Shown here one piece after another: positions 8,874 through 16,421 of a stretch of 20,000 nucleotides of DNA (the stretch's first letter is position 1; each line of letters starts with the position of its first letter). The position numbers were made by a program, and so were the translations under genes. The stretch is from an uncultured virus (IMG/VR IMGVR_UViG_3300020536_000396). Lineage: Duplodnaviria > Heunggongvirae > Uroviricota > Caudoviricetes. The stretch covers positions 57,666 through 77,665 of the IMG/VR virus record IMGVR_UViG_3300020536_000396, one strand, 5' to 3'. The notes under the pieces were generated by a model. That model made no database searches and was not told the DNA's origin. It was given only the letters and a program-made list of their open reading frames with translations.

Positions 8874-9573
8874 AAATTTAATACTACTTACCTCCGCATT
8901 GGTTCCAAACAATCAAGGCGCTGTTTCGCCAGAAGAAAGATTCAAACAAACCCTTGAGTCTATAAAATCTTTACGTAAACATTTCCCAAATGATTACATA
9001 TTTTTTACAGATGGATCTTCGAATCAAATACCACAAGAATGGTTACAACAACTCCATGATTTAAAAACTCTAGATGTTATAGCCGTTTGGAATTTTGATT
9101 CTGATATTCAGGCCTTATCTTCAGCTGGCAGAAAGAGTGAGACAGAGATAGTTCTTTTACTTAAATCGATTTCATCTTTATTACAAAATCCAGATTTGCA
9201 AAAGATGATGTATTCTGTAAAAAGAATTTATAAGTTTTCAGCCAGAACTTTTTTGAATGATGATTTCGATCCGAAGGAACATGACCACTATGGTAAATAC
9301 GTTTTTAAGAAAAAAATTGGTTCATGGATGATACCCACAAAACAAGCAGTCACAACAGACCATTTGTTTATTACAAGAATGTATTCGATGTGTCCATCTT
9401 TAATTCCAGATTACTGTCAGACACTTATAAAATGCTTTGAAACGGTGAACAAACATGGAATTGACACCGAGCATGCTCATCATCAACATATAGATAAGAA
9501 GTATCTTTTAGAATTAGAAAAACTACACTGTGAAGGCATTGTGGCCGGATCTGGTGCAACAGAAACTTACTGA
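8854..9573 (+). CDS. hypothetical protein, possibly glycosyltransferase-like
   Basis: LLTSAL..ERFKQTLESIKSLR, FTDGS and IYKFSAR; lies within the glycan cluster. Confidence 0.5.
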   Translation: MSLLPNKNLILLTSALVPNNQGAVSPEERFKQTLESIKSLRKHFPNDYIFFTDGSSNQIPQEWLQQLHDLKTLDVIAVWNFDSDIQALSSAGRKSETEIVLLLKSISSLLQNPDLQKMMYSVKRIYKFSARTFLNDDFDPKEHDHYGKYVFKKKIGSWMIPTKQAVTTDHLFITRMYSMCPSLIPDYCQTLIKCFETVNKHGIDTEHAHHQHIDKKYLLELEKLHCEGIVAGSGATETY

Positions 9574-9580
9574 GGTGAAA

Positions 9581-10264
9581 ATGGATCTATGGAATTATTT
9601 TGAAAATAACACTGGTAAAAAAATTACCAAGTGGACACATTACTTTTGGGTTTATGAGAAACACTTTTCTTCTTTGAGGGATAAACCAATTAAATTACTT
9701 GAAATTGGTATTTTAAATGGTGGATCTCTACAGATGTGGAAAGAATACTTTCATCCAGATAGTTTGATCGTTGGCATTGATTTAAATCCAAGTTGTAAAA
9801 ATCACGAAGATGTTGAGAACAATGTTCATGTCAGAATTGGTAATCAAGCCGATGAGAATTTCTTACAAACTTTAGTGGATGAATTTGGAGAATTTGATTT
9901 AGTCATTGACGATGGCAGCCATCACGTTGACCATGTGAACAGAACATTCCAATTCTTGTTTCCAAAAATCTCAGAAAATGGAACATACTTCATTGAAGAT
10001 ACTCATGCAGCATATTGGGGTTCTCATGGTGGTGATAAAAATCATCCACAATCAATCAACAATATTTCAAAAGAAATGGTCGATAAGATAAATGCGGATC
10101 ATTGTCCGGCTCAAGTAGAACCTGACTGGTTTACACGAAATCTAAAGTGTATGACTGTCTATGATAGTATTGTGGTTTTTGATCGAGGCAATGTGGGAGT
10201 CAAGAAACCAATGGAAATTGGTGGGCAAAAATCAGAAGGAGTATTGATTATCAAGACCAGTTAA
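9581..10264 (+). CDS. class I SAM-dependent (sugar O-) methyltransferase
   Basis: Start at ATG 9581 (GAGGTG SD). LLEIGILNGGSL, GIDL, GNQAD, FDLVIDDGSH and YFIED resemble MycE/Methyltransf_24-like sugar O-methyltransferases. Confidence 0.85.
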   Translation: MDLWNYFENNTGKKITKWTHYFWVYEKHFSSLRDKPIKLLEIGILNGGSLQMWKEYFHPDSLIVGIDLNPSCKNHEDVENNVHVRIGNQADENFLQTLVDEFGEFDLVIDDGSHHVDHVNRTFQFLFPKISENGTYFIEDTHAAYWGSHGGDKNHPQSINNISKEMVDKINADHCPAQVEPDWFTRNLKCMTVYDSIVVFDRGNVGVKKPMEIGGQKSEGVLIIKTS

Positions 10265-10274
10265 ATACTAAATA
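10261..10274 (+). promoter_or_regulatory. tandem T4-type late promoter-like elements (TTAAATA-CTAAATA)
   Basis: Two TAAATA cores at the stop/intergenic junction before the 864-aa gene. Confidence 0.55.
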
Positions 10275-10305
10275 CCTCATTATAAACTGCTGCAGAGGCG
10301 GAAAA

Positions 10306-12900
10306 ATGAGGTTTACAGAATTTCTTACTGAGAAAGCGGAAAATCATGCGGTCATGGCTTTTGGCCGTATGAACCCACCAACGACTGGACATGAGGTTCT
10401 AGTCAATAAAGTAAAAGATGTAGCTAAAAGCGTAGGTGGTTCTCACCACGTTATCTTATCCCATAGCCAAGACACCGAGAAAAATCCTCTGTCCTCGGAA
10501 CAGAAGGTCAAACACGCCAAAAGATTTTTCCCTGGCACCAATATTTCAACCGCAAGTAAAGAGAAACCGACTTTCTTGCATCATGCCTCAGAACTGTACA
10601 AAAAAGGTGTTACACACCTACACATGGTCGCTGGTTCTGATAGAGTTGAAGAATATAAAAAGACCCTCCACAAATACAACGGTGTAAAGGATGCTCATGG
10701 CCATTTCAATTTCAAACACATAGAAGTTCATTCAGCAGGCGAACGTGATCCTGATGCCGAAGGCACCACAGGAATGTCTGCATCTAAAATGAGAGGACAT
10801 GCAACTTCTGGTAATTTTAAAGAATTCAAAAAAGGCATTCCAAAACATGTTGCTGACCATCATGCTAAAGAACTATACAACGATGTTCGTAAGGGTATGA
10901 GTATAAAAGAATTTATAGAAATTAATGAAAGTTTCGTTGAATTATTAAACGAAGGTGTTCATGATGAATCCATTTTTAAGGCAGTTTTTTTAGCCGGTGG
11001 ACCAGGTTCAGGTAAAGACTATGTTCTCAGTAATACTTTAGATGGCCATGGTCTAACAGAAATTAATTCGGATAAAGCTCTTGAATATTTGATGGACAAA
11101 GAGGGTCTGGATAAAATGATGCCAGCCTCCGAAACAGAGAAGAGAGATTTAGTTCGTGGTCGTGCAAAAAATATTACTGAACTCCGTCAAAGACTAGCAC
11201 TTCTAGGTAGAAACGGTCTTATCATCAACGGCACAGGTGATGACGTAGAGAAAACAAAAAAAATTAAAGATGAGTTGGAAAAACTTGGTTATGATACTTC
11301 TATGTTATTAGTAAACACAAGAGATGAGATATCTGCAGCAAGAAATATTGAACGTGGCCAAAGAGGTGGTAGAACTGTACCAGAAACCATACGTAAAGAA
11401 AAATGGGACAATGTTCAAAATGCTCGCACAGAATATGCTAAGACGTTTGGTAATAACTACATGGAGTTTGATAACTCTGAAGATTTAAGAAGTGCTGATC
11501 CAGAAATTGTCAGAGAAAAGAAACAAGAATTACTTCAACTGTTTAAACAGGTAAAAGAATTTACTGCGGCACCACCACAATCACCAGAAGCACAATTCTG
11601 GGTTGCAAATGAGATGGACAAAAAAGACACTTTAGAAATACCAAAGGATGGTGCTGAAAAAGTTCCACACTCAGATGCCGGTGCAGCAGAAGAAGCGAGA
11701 AAACTAGGATTGCAATACTATGGATTTGGTCGATATGGTAAAGATGGTGAAGTAACTCATCGATCAGTACATGGATCTTTAGTCATGGTCACAAAACAAG
11801 AACCTAAGCAACCAAAACTTCCAACTCCAGGTTCATCACCAATCTCTGAAGATTTGCGTAATTGGTTTGATCCGAAACATCCAAAAGGTGGTTGGAAACG
11901 TATCAATAGCAAAGGTGAAGCAATTGGTCCGTGTGCTAGAGAACCCGGTGAAGCAAAACCAAAGTGTATGTCAAACGAGAAAAGAGCTAAATTAAGTAAG
12001 AAAGAAAGAGCGTCGGCTGTTGCTGCTAAGCGCCGCCATGATCCTGTTGCAGATAGATCGGGTAAAGGTGGTAAACCTGTAAATGTTTCCAATTTTGGAA
12101 AAGGTAAATTGTCTGAATCAATTACTGTTTCCATAACAGGAGATACTGTAGAAGAAGTCAAAGATTTTTTCAATAACTTTAATTCACCAGTAGAGACAAC
12201 GGAACAATACGCTCTTTCAGATTCTAGAAACGATCTAATAACTCTTGGTAAATCTATGCAGCCATTTGGTGAAAAAATGGAAAATACCACAATTACAAAT
12301 GACATGATTACAAATATTCAAGAAGAAAAGAAACATAATTTGTTAAAGGATAAAAACGGAACTGTTAGAGTTTTTATGTTAAGGGCAGCAGCTGCAAAAG
12401 AAGCTCACACAAAACAAGGGACAGTTCTAAAACACAAAAACGGTTATGTTGTTAAACTAAAAGAGGAAAAGGAAAATGTTGAAGCTTCTAAAAGAACTAT
12501 TGGGGATTGGATCGAAGAGTCCAGAAAAACATGGACTGGAAGGAGCGACCCGAGCACCGAACGAGGACTTCTCTCAGAGAGTGGAACAATACTCGCCACC
12601 GAAAGTGGAGAAACCAGTTCAGGAGATTCAAGAAGAAAAATCTCCATCTCCGAAATCAGGTCGAAGCAGAAAGAAAAAATAGTTGAATCAATTGATAAGA
12701 ACATTGAACCAGGTCTTTCTATGGCAACATCGGGTGAAAATTTAGGAAGATCGGCTACAAAAGTAAAATCACTAAAGAAGCCTTTAGAAGAATTAACTGG
12801 TGACGAAACAACCTATAGTATTGGCGCCCAAAAAGAAGATGAATTAAAGAAAAAAGGCATTGATTTAAAAACATTTAAATCTAAAAAGTTTATAGGATAA
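10306..12900 (+). CDS. multidomain protein: HxGH-class (cytidyltransferase/NMNAT-like) nucleotidyltransferase + zeta-toxin/PNK-like P-loop kinase + several small modules
   Basis: AFGRMNPPTTGH, VAGSDR and MSASKMR (SxS/TxxR) mark the NTase; FLAGGPGSGK, INSD, LIINGT and RNIERGQRGGRTVP mark the kinase. These are followed by the modules LGLQYYGFGRYG and DLRNWF..GGWKRI..C..PKC. Confidence 0.85.
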   Translation: MRFTEFLTEKAENHAVMAFGRMNPPTTGHEVLVNKVKDVAKSVGGSHHVILSHSQDTEKNPLSSEQKVKHAKRFFPGTNISTASKEKPTFLHHASELYKKGVTHLHMVAGSDRVEEYKKTLHKYNGVKDAHGHFNFKHIEVHSAGERDPDAEGTTGMSASKMRGHATSGNFKEFKKGIPKHVADHHAKELYNDVRKGMSIKEFIEINESFVELLNEGVHDESIFKAVFLAGGPGSGKDYVLSNTLDGHGLTEINSDKALEYLMDKEGLDKMMPASETEKRDLVRGRAKNITELRQRLALLGRNGLIINGTGDDVEKTKKIKDELEKLGYDTSMLLVNTRDEISAARNIERGQRGGRTVPETIRKEKWDNVQNARTEYAKTFGNNYMEFDNSEDLRSADPEIVREKKQELLQLFKQVKEFTAAPPQSPEAQFWVANEMDKKDTLEIPKDGAEKVPHSDAGAAEEARKLGLQYYGFGRYGKDGEVTHRSVHGSLVMVTKQEPKQPKLPTPGSSPISEDLRNWFDPKHPKGGWKRINSKGEAIGPCAREPGEAKPKCMSNEKRAKLSKKERASAVAAKRRHDPVADRSGKGGKPVNVSNFGKGKLSESITVSITGDTVEEVKDFFNNFNSPVETTEQYALSDSRNDLITLGKSMQPFGEKMENTTITNDMITNIQEEKKHNLLKDKNGTVRVFMLRAAAAKEAHTKQGTVLKHKNGYVVKLKEEKENVEASKRTIGDWIEESRKTWTGRSDPSTERGLLSESGTILATESGETSSGDSRRKISISEIRSKQKEKIVESIDKNIEPGLSMATSGENLGRSATKVKSLKKPLEELTGDETTYSIGAQKEDELKKKGIDLKTFKSKKFIG
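12476..12682 (+). CDS. candidate nested out-of-frame small protein (68 aa)
   Basis: GAGGA SD at 12463-12467 with 8-nt spacing to the ATG. Amphipathic N-terminus MLKLLKELLGIG, Pro/Glu/Lys-rich body and basic tail GRSRKKK. Confidence 0.45.
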   Translation: MLKLLKELLGIGSKSPEKHGLEGATRAPNEDFSQRVEQYSPPKVEKPVQEIQEEKSPSPKSGRSRKKK

Positions 12901-12902
12901 AA

Positions 12903-13292
12903 ATGAAAACATTTAAACAACATTTAGATGAGAGATGCTGGCCAGGATACAAAGAAACGCCAGGTAAAAAAGCATATTCAAAAGGCTCTTGTGTAAAAGA
13001 AGAAGTTGAACTTGATGAAGTTGCAGCGTGGCAACGTAAAGAAGGTAAATCTGAATCGGGTGGATTGAATCGTAAAGGTATTGAATCATATCGCCGTGAA
13101 AATCCTGGTTCAAAGTTATCAATGGCTGTTACAACAAAGCCATCAAAGTTGAAGCCTGGTTCTAAAGCAGCAAATCGTCGTAAGTCATTTTGTGCCAGAA
13201 TGGGTGGCATGAAACGCAGACTCACATCAGCAAAGACGGCACGTGATCCAGATTCACGTATTAATAAAGCATTGAGAAAGTGGAACTGCTAA
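12903..13292 (+). CDS. basic modular phage protein (DUF6321-like C-terminal module)
   Basis: MKTFKQHLDE leader; CWPGY...GSCVK mini-module; EEVELDE linker; AAWQRKEGK..GGLN...RRKSFCARM...SRINKALRKWNC. Confidence 0.75.
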   Translation: MKTFKQHLDERCWPGYKETPGKKAYSKGSCVKEEVELDEVAAWQRKEGKSESGGLNRKGIESYRRENPGSKLSMAVTTKPSKLKPGSKAANRRKSFCARMGGMKRRLTSAKTARDPDSRINKALRKWNC

Positions 13293-14606
13293 ATGGCACA
13301 ATTTAGGACCGATTTAAACAAGATAGATTCAGGACAAGTATTCACTCGTTATGAAGTGAATATGATGTCTGATCGTCTATCACCATCTGGCACATTGACA
13401 GATGCGTTCGGTCGCTTACGTGTCACTCAACCATTCACGCTTTTTGATAGTTCACATAGATTTAATGATAACGGTTTATGGGTAACATCAAACACAGCAA
13501 GTAATAGTTCACATACATTCGTAGAAAATCAAAGTACAGTTGACATGACTGTTGGCACGACAGCAAATGCTGAAGTCATTCGTGAAACAACAAAAGTGTT
13601 TTCATACCAACCAGGTAAATCATTGTTGGTTATGAATACATTTGCAATGAACACACCAAAAGCAAATGTCCGTCAAAGAGTTGGATATTTTGGTCAAAGT
13701 AATGGCATTTACTTAGAGAATGATGGTAATACAAATTATCTTATAGTGAGAACAAACACTTCAAGCACAGTTACAGAGACAAGAGTAGCACAATCAAATT
13801 GGAACGTTGATAAGTTTGATGGTACAGGTTACTCATCACAAATTGGCGGACCAGAACACGCAGGCGGATTAGATGTAAGCAAAACAAATATTTTTTGGAT
13901 GGATGTTGAATGGTTAGGTGTTGGTGACGTTCGTTGCGGTTTTGTCGTAGATGGAAAATTGATACCGGCACACACATTTCATCACGATAATAGAAACACT
14001 GTGCCTTACATGACAACGGCATCATTACCGTTAAGATTAGAGATAAAAAATACTGGAATAACTGCAAGCAATTCAACACTAAGTCAGATTTGCTCTACTG
14101 TAATTTCTGAGGGTGGTTATGAATTGTACGGTTCACAGCAAGCAGTGGGTACAACAATTACTGCGCCAGTAGACTTACCAACAGCAGGAACATATTATCC
14201 AGTTGTTTCAATACGATTAAAATCGAATCGTTTAGATGCGATTGTTATTCTAACCGCACTATCAATTTTAGGTATAACGAATAATGCATATTACAACTGG
14301 CAAGTAAGATCAAATGCAAACACATCGGGTGGTGGAACATGGGTAAGTGCTGGAACTGATTCTGCTGTAGAATACAAACTTGACGGTGGATCAGTTACGG
14401 GTGGTAGAATATTAGCATCTGGATTTACGGGTGCAACCACTCAAAGTATATCACCGGTTGATATTCTCAAAGAAGCATTATTCAAGTTTCAATTAGAAAG
14501 AAATAGTTTTGCAAACACAGCATATGAACTAACATTAGTCGCTTCGGCAAGTACCAACGGTGCCGACATGTATGGTTCGATGGACTGGGAAGAAGTCACA
14601 AGATAA
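13293..14606 (+). CDS. probable virion structural protein, beta-rich
   Basis: 437 aa, T/S/G/N/V-rich. DAFGRLRV..P.TLFDS, YQPGKS and EWLGVGDVRCGF are recalled from conserved proteins of aquatic T4-like phages. Confidence 0.65.
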   Translation: MAQFRTDLNKIDSGQVFTRYEVNMMSDRLSPSGTLTDAFGRLRVTQPFTLFDSSHRFNDNGLWVTSNTASNSSHTFVENQSTVDMTVGTTANAEVIRETTKVFSYQPGKSLLVMNTFAMNTPKANVRQRVGYFGQSNGIYLENDGNTNYLIVRTNTSSTVTETRVAQSNWNVDKFDGTGYSSQIGGPEHAGGLDVSKTNIFWMDVEWLGVGDVRCGFVVDGKLIPAHTFHHDNRNTVPYMTTASLPLRLEIKNTGITASNSTLSQICSTVISEGGYELYGSQQAVGTTITAPVDLPTAGTYYPVVSIRLKSNRLDAIVILTALSILGITNNAYYNWQVRSNANTSGGGTWVSAGTDSAVEYKLDGGSVTGGRILASGFTGATTQSISPVDILKEALFKFQLERNSFANTAYELTLVASASTNGADMYGSMDWEEVTR

Positions 14607-14628
14607 CAAAAACTAATAGGAGAGTAAC

Positions 14629-15477
14629 ATGTCAATTTTCAATGACAAAGCACTGAAAGGTGTAGCAGAAGCAGCAGCAAAAATCATGCAACAAGAAGAA
14701 CTAAAAGGCAATCAACACAAGATTGATGCCAATAAAAATGGTAAGATTGATTCACACGACTTCAAACTCCTTCGTGCTAAAAAAGGTATGAAAGAGGAAG
14801 TGAAAGATGAATATGCACGTAAAGTGGACAAATATTTGAAAAAGAAATACAACAAAGAAGAAGTAGAACTTGATGAAGCATTTCCAACTGTTGCTGATGC
14901 AGCAAAAAGAATGAAAGATGCTGAGTCAAGCAAATTCGAAAAACAAAAATCTTCAAAAGGTACAATTTATACTAAGAAACATACTGAAAAGGATGCCGAG
15001 TATGAAGCACCAAAACCAGCTGGCCGCAAAAGGATGATTGGAAAAGGCTCTGATAATCCAGACCACATGAAAAAAATGAAGATGACTGAAATGTTGGAAG
15101 CTTACCAAGAAGGTGGTCTGAAAGCACTTAACTCTATGTTGGTTGTTGAAGAACCAGACAATGAGCAATTTACAAAAGAGTTTGAAGATCAGAAGGCTTC
15201 AATGGAAGGCAAGAAAAAACAGCCATCTGTTGCTGCAGCAGCAACTAAGGGCGTAAAAGAAATGCCTGAAGAAACTGATGTTGATCCGGATGATTTTATT
15301 TCAGAAACCGAAGAAGTTGAACTTGATGAGCGTACATTGACAAAGGGTGAAGCAGAAACAAAAGAAAAGTATGTAAAAGGTATGAAGAAAGGACTATCAG
15401 GTTTCAAAGCTCGTTATGGTGAACGTGCTAAGTCGGTTATGTATGCCACAGCTACCAAAATGGCTAAAAAGGATTAA
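14629..15477 (+). CDS. Glu/Lys-rich modular protein with an EF-hand-like loop (candidate internal head protein)
   Basis: AGGAG SD; DANKNGKIDSHD loop; two EEVELDE linkers; C-terminal KARYGERAKSVMYATATKMAK module. Confidence 0.75.
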   Translation: MSIFNDKALKGVAEAAAKIMQQEELKGNQHKIDANKNGKIDSHDFKLLRAKKGMKEEVKDEYARKVDKYLKKKYNKEEVELDEAFPTVADAAKRMKDAESSKFEKQKSSKGTIYTKKHTEKDAEYEAPKPAGRKRMIGKGSDNPDHMKKMKMTEMLEAYQEGGLKALNSMLVVEEPDNEQFTKEFEDQKASMEGKKKQPSVAAAATKGVKEMPEETDVDPDDFISETEEVELDERTLTKGEAETKEKYVKGMKKGLSGFKARYGERAKSVMYATATKMAKKD

Positions 15478-15479
15478 TT

Positions 15480-16367
15480 ATGCCTAATTTAAGATTTAGA
15501 AAGCTACGTGAAGGTGTAGCTGAAAAATTGCATAGTAAACAGCAAGAACTTCGTAAGAAGAGTGGCTTACCTCATCCCGATTACTATAAAGAGTTGGGTA
15601 AATCTTACGATATTAAAGATGACAGTGAACGTATGGCGCATCAATCTTCTCTGAAGAAGAAGTATAGTGTCAAAGAAGAAGTGGAACATTTGGAAGAAAA
15701 GAATGTTCCAACTTCTCCAGAAAAATGGGCAAGAGCCAAAGCACAAGCAAAGGCTAAGTTTGATGTTTACCCTAGTGCTTATGCGAACGGTTGGGCTGCA
15801 AAGAAATACAAAGAAATGGGTGGTGGTTGGAAATCTGTGAGCGAACAGAAAGATGAAGGTGAATACGATTATGAAGGAGACATGGCAAAAACTCAACTGA
15901 AAACTATCATTCGAAATGCACAAGAATTACATGATATGTTAGAAGATGATGAGAACATGCCAGAATGGGTACAATCTAAAATTACCTTAGCAAAAGATTA
16001 TATTGTAGTCGCTTCCAATTATATGCAAAGTGTTATGGAAGAATCTGTTGACCGTTATGGTTCTGCAGCATCTGAAACATATCAGACCAAGCCAAATAAA
16101 GAGCCAATGAAGAAGTATGGCGACACAAAAGAAAAAATTGACGAGCAACACCGTGATAAAGGCAGATTTAGACCTGTCATCCCTCATATGGTAAAGGCCT
16201 CTCATGTGGCATCACCAAGAGATAGACAATATAAAGTTGATGAAGAAAACGGTCAATCTGTAAAAGCGCAGATTGTTAAGAACGCTGCAAAGAAAAAGAA
16301 AGAAGAACCTTCAGACAAGTTTCAAGCAGATCCAGTTTTATCAACAACTATAACAAAAAATTATTAA
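15480..16367 (+). CDS. Glu/Lys-rich modular protein (candidate internal head protein)
   Basis: Modules KNVPTSPEKWARAKAQAKAKFDVYPSAYANGWAAKKYKEMGGGW and EYDYEGDMAKTQL...MPEWVQSKITLAKDYI are separated by HLEE/VSE/VMEE linkers. Confidence 0.75.
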   Translation: MPNLRFRKLREGVAEKLHSKQQELRKKSGLPHPDYYKELGKSYDIKDDSERMAHQSSLKKKYSVKEEVEHLEEKNVPTSPEKWARAKAQAKAKFDVYPSAYANGWAAKKYKEMGGGWKSVSEQKDEGEYDYEGDMAKTQLKTIIRNAQELHDMLEDDENMPEWVQSKITLAKDYIVVASNYMQSVMEESVDRYGSAASETYQTKPNKEPMKKYGDTKEKIDEQHRDKGRFRPVIPHMVKASHVASPRDRQYKVDEENGQSVKAQIVKNAAKKKKEEPSDKFQADPVLSTTITKNY

Positions 16368-16378
16368 AGTGTTTGAGG

Positions 16379-16386
16379 TATAAATA
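16379..16386 (+). promoter_or_regulatory. T4-type late promoter TATAAATA
   Basis: Perfect consensus in the intergenic region, upstream of an AGGAG SD and the ATG at 16422. Confidence 0.85.
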
Positions 16387-16421
16387 CATTATCAAACAAA
16401 TACAGATTAGGAGAAAAAAAC

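Larger units (their letters stand above)
12996..15698 (+). repeat. dispersed 20-25 nt coding repeat GAAGAAGT(T/A)GAACTTGATGA (peptide EEVELDE)
   Basis: Copies at 12999-13018, 14857-14876 (1 mismatch) and 15310-15329 (identical to the first), plus a degenerate copy at 15672-15698 (KEEVEHLEE). Confidence 0.85.

Noticed and set aside
3875..10264. Bacterial chromosomal capsule/LPS locus
   Set aside because: No wzx/wzy/ABC export genes, and it is seamlessly flanked by phage genes and T4-type late promoters.
10436..10687. 83-aa alternative-frame + strand ORF inside the NTase domain
   Set aside because: GTG start, overlaps a conserved catalytic domain, and has no protein-like organisation, unlike 12476-12682.
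12999..15329. 20-nt repeats as a CRISPR array or att sites
   Set aside because: They are irregularly spaced (hundreds to about 1900 nt apart), always in frame within CDSs, and no cas or integrase gene is present.
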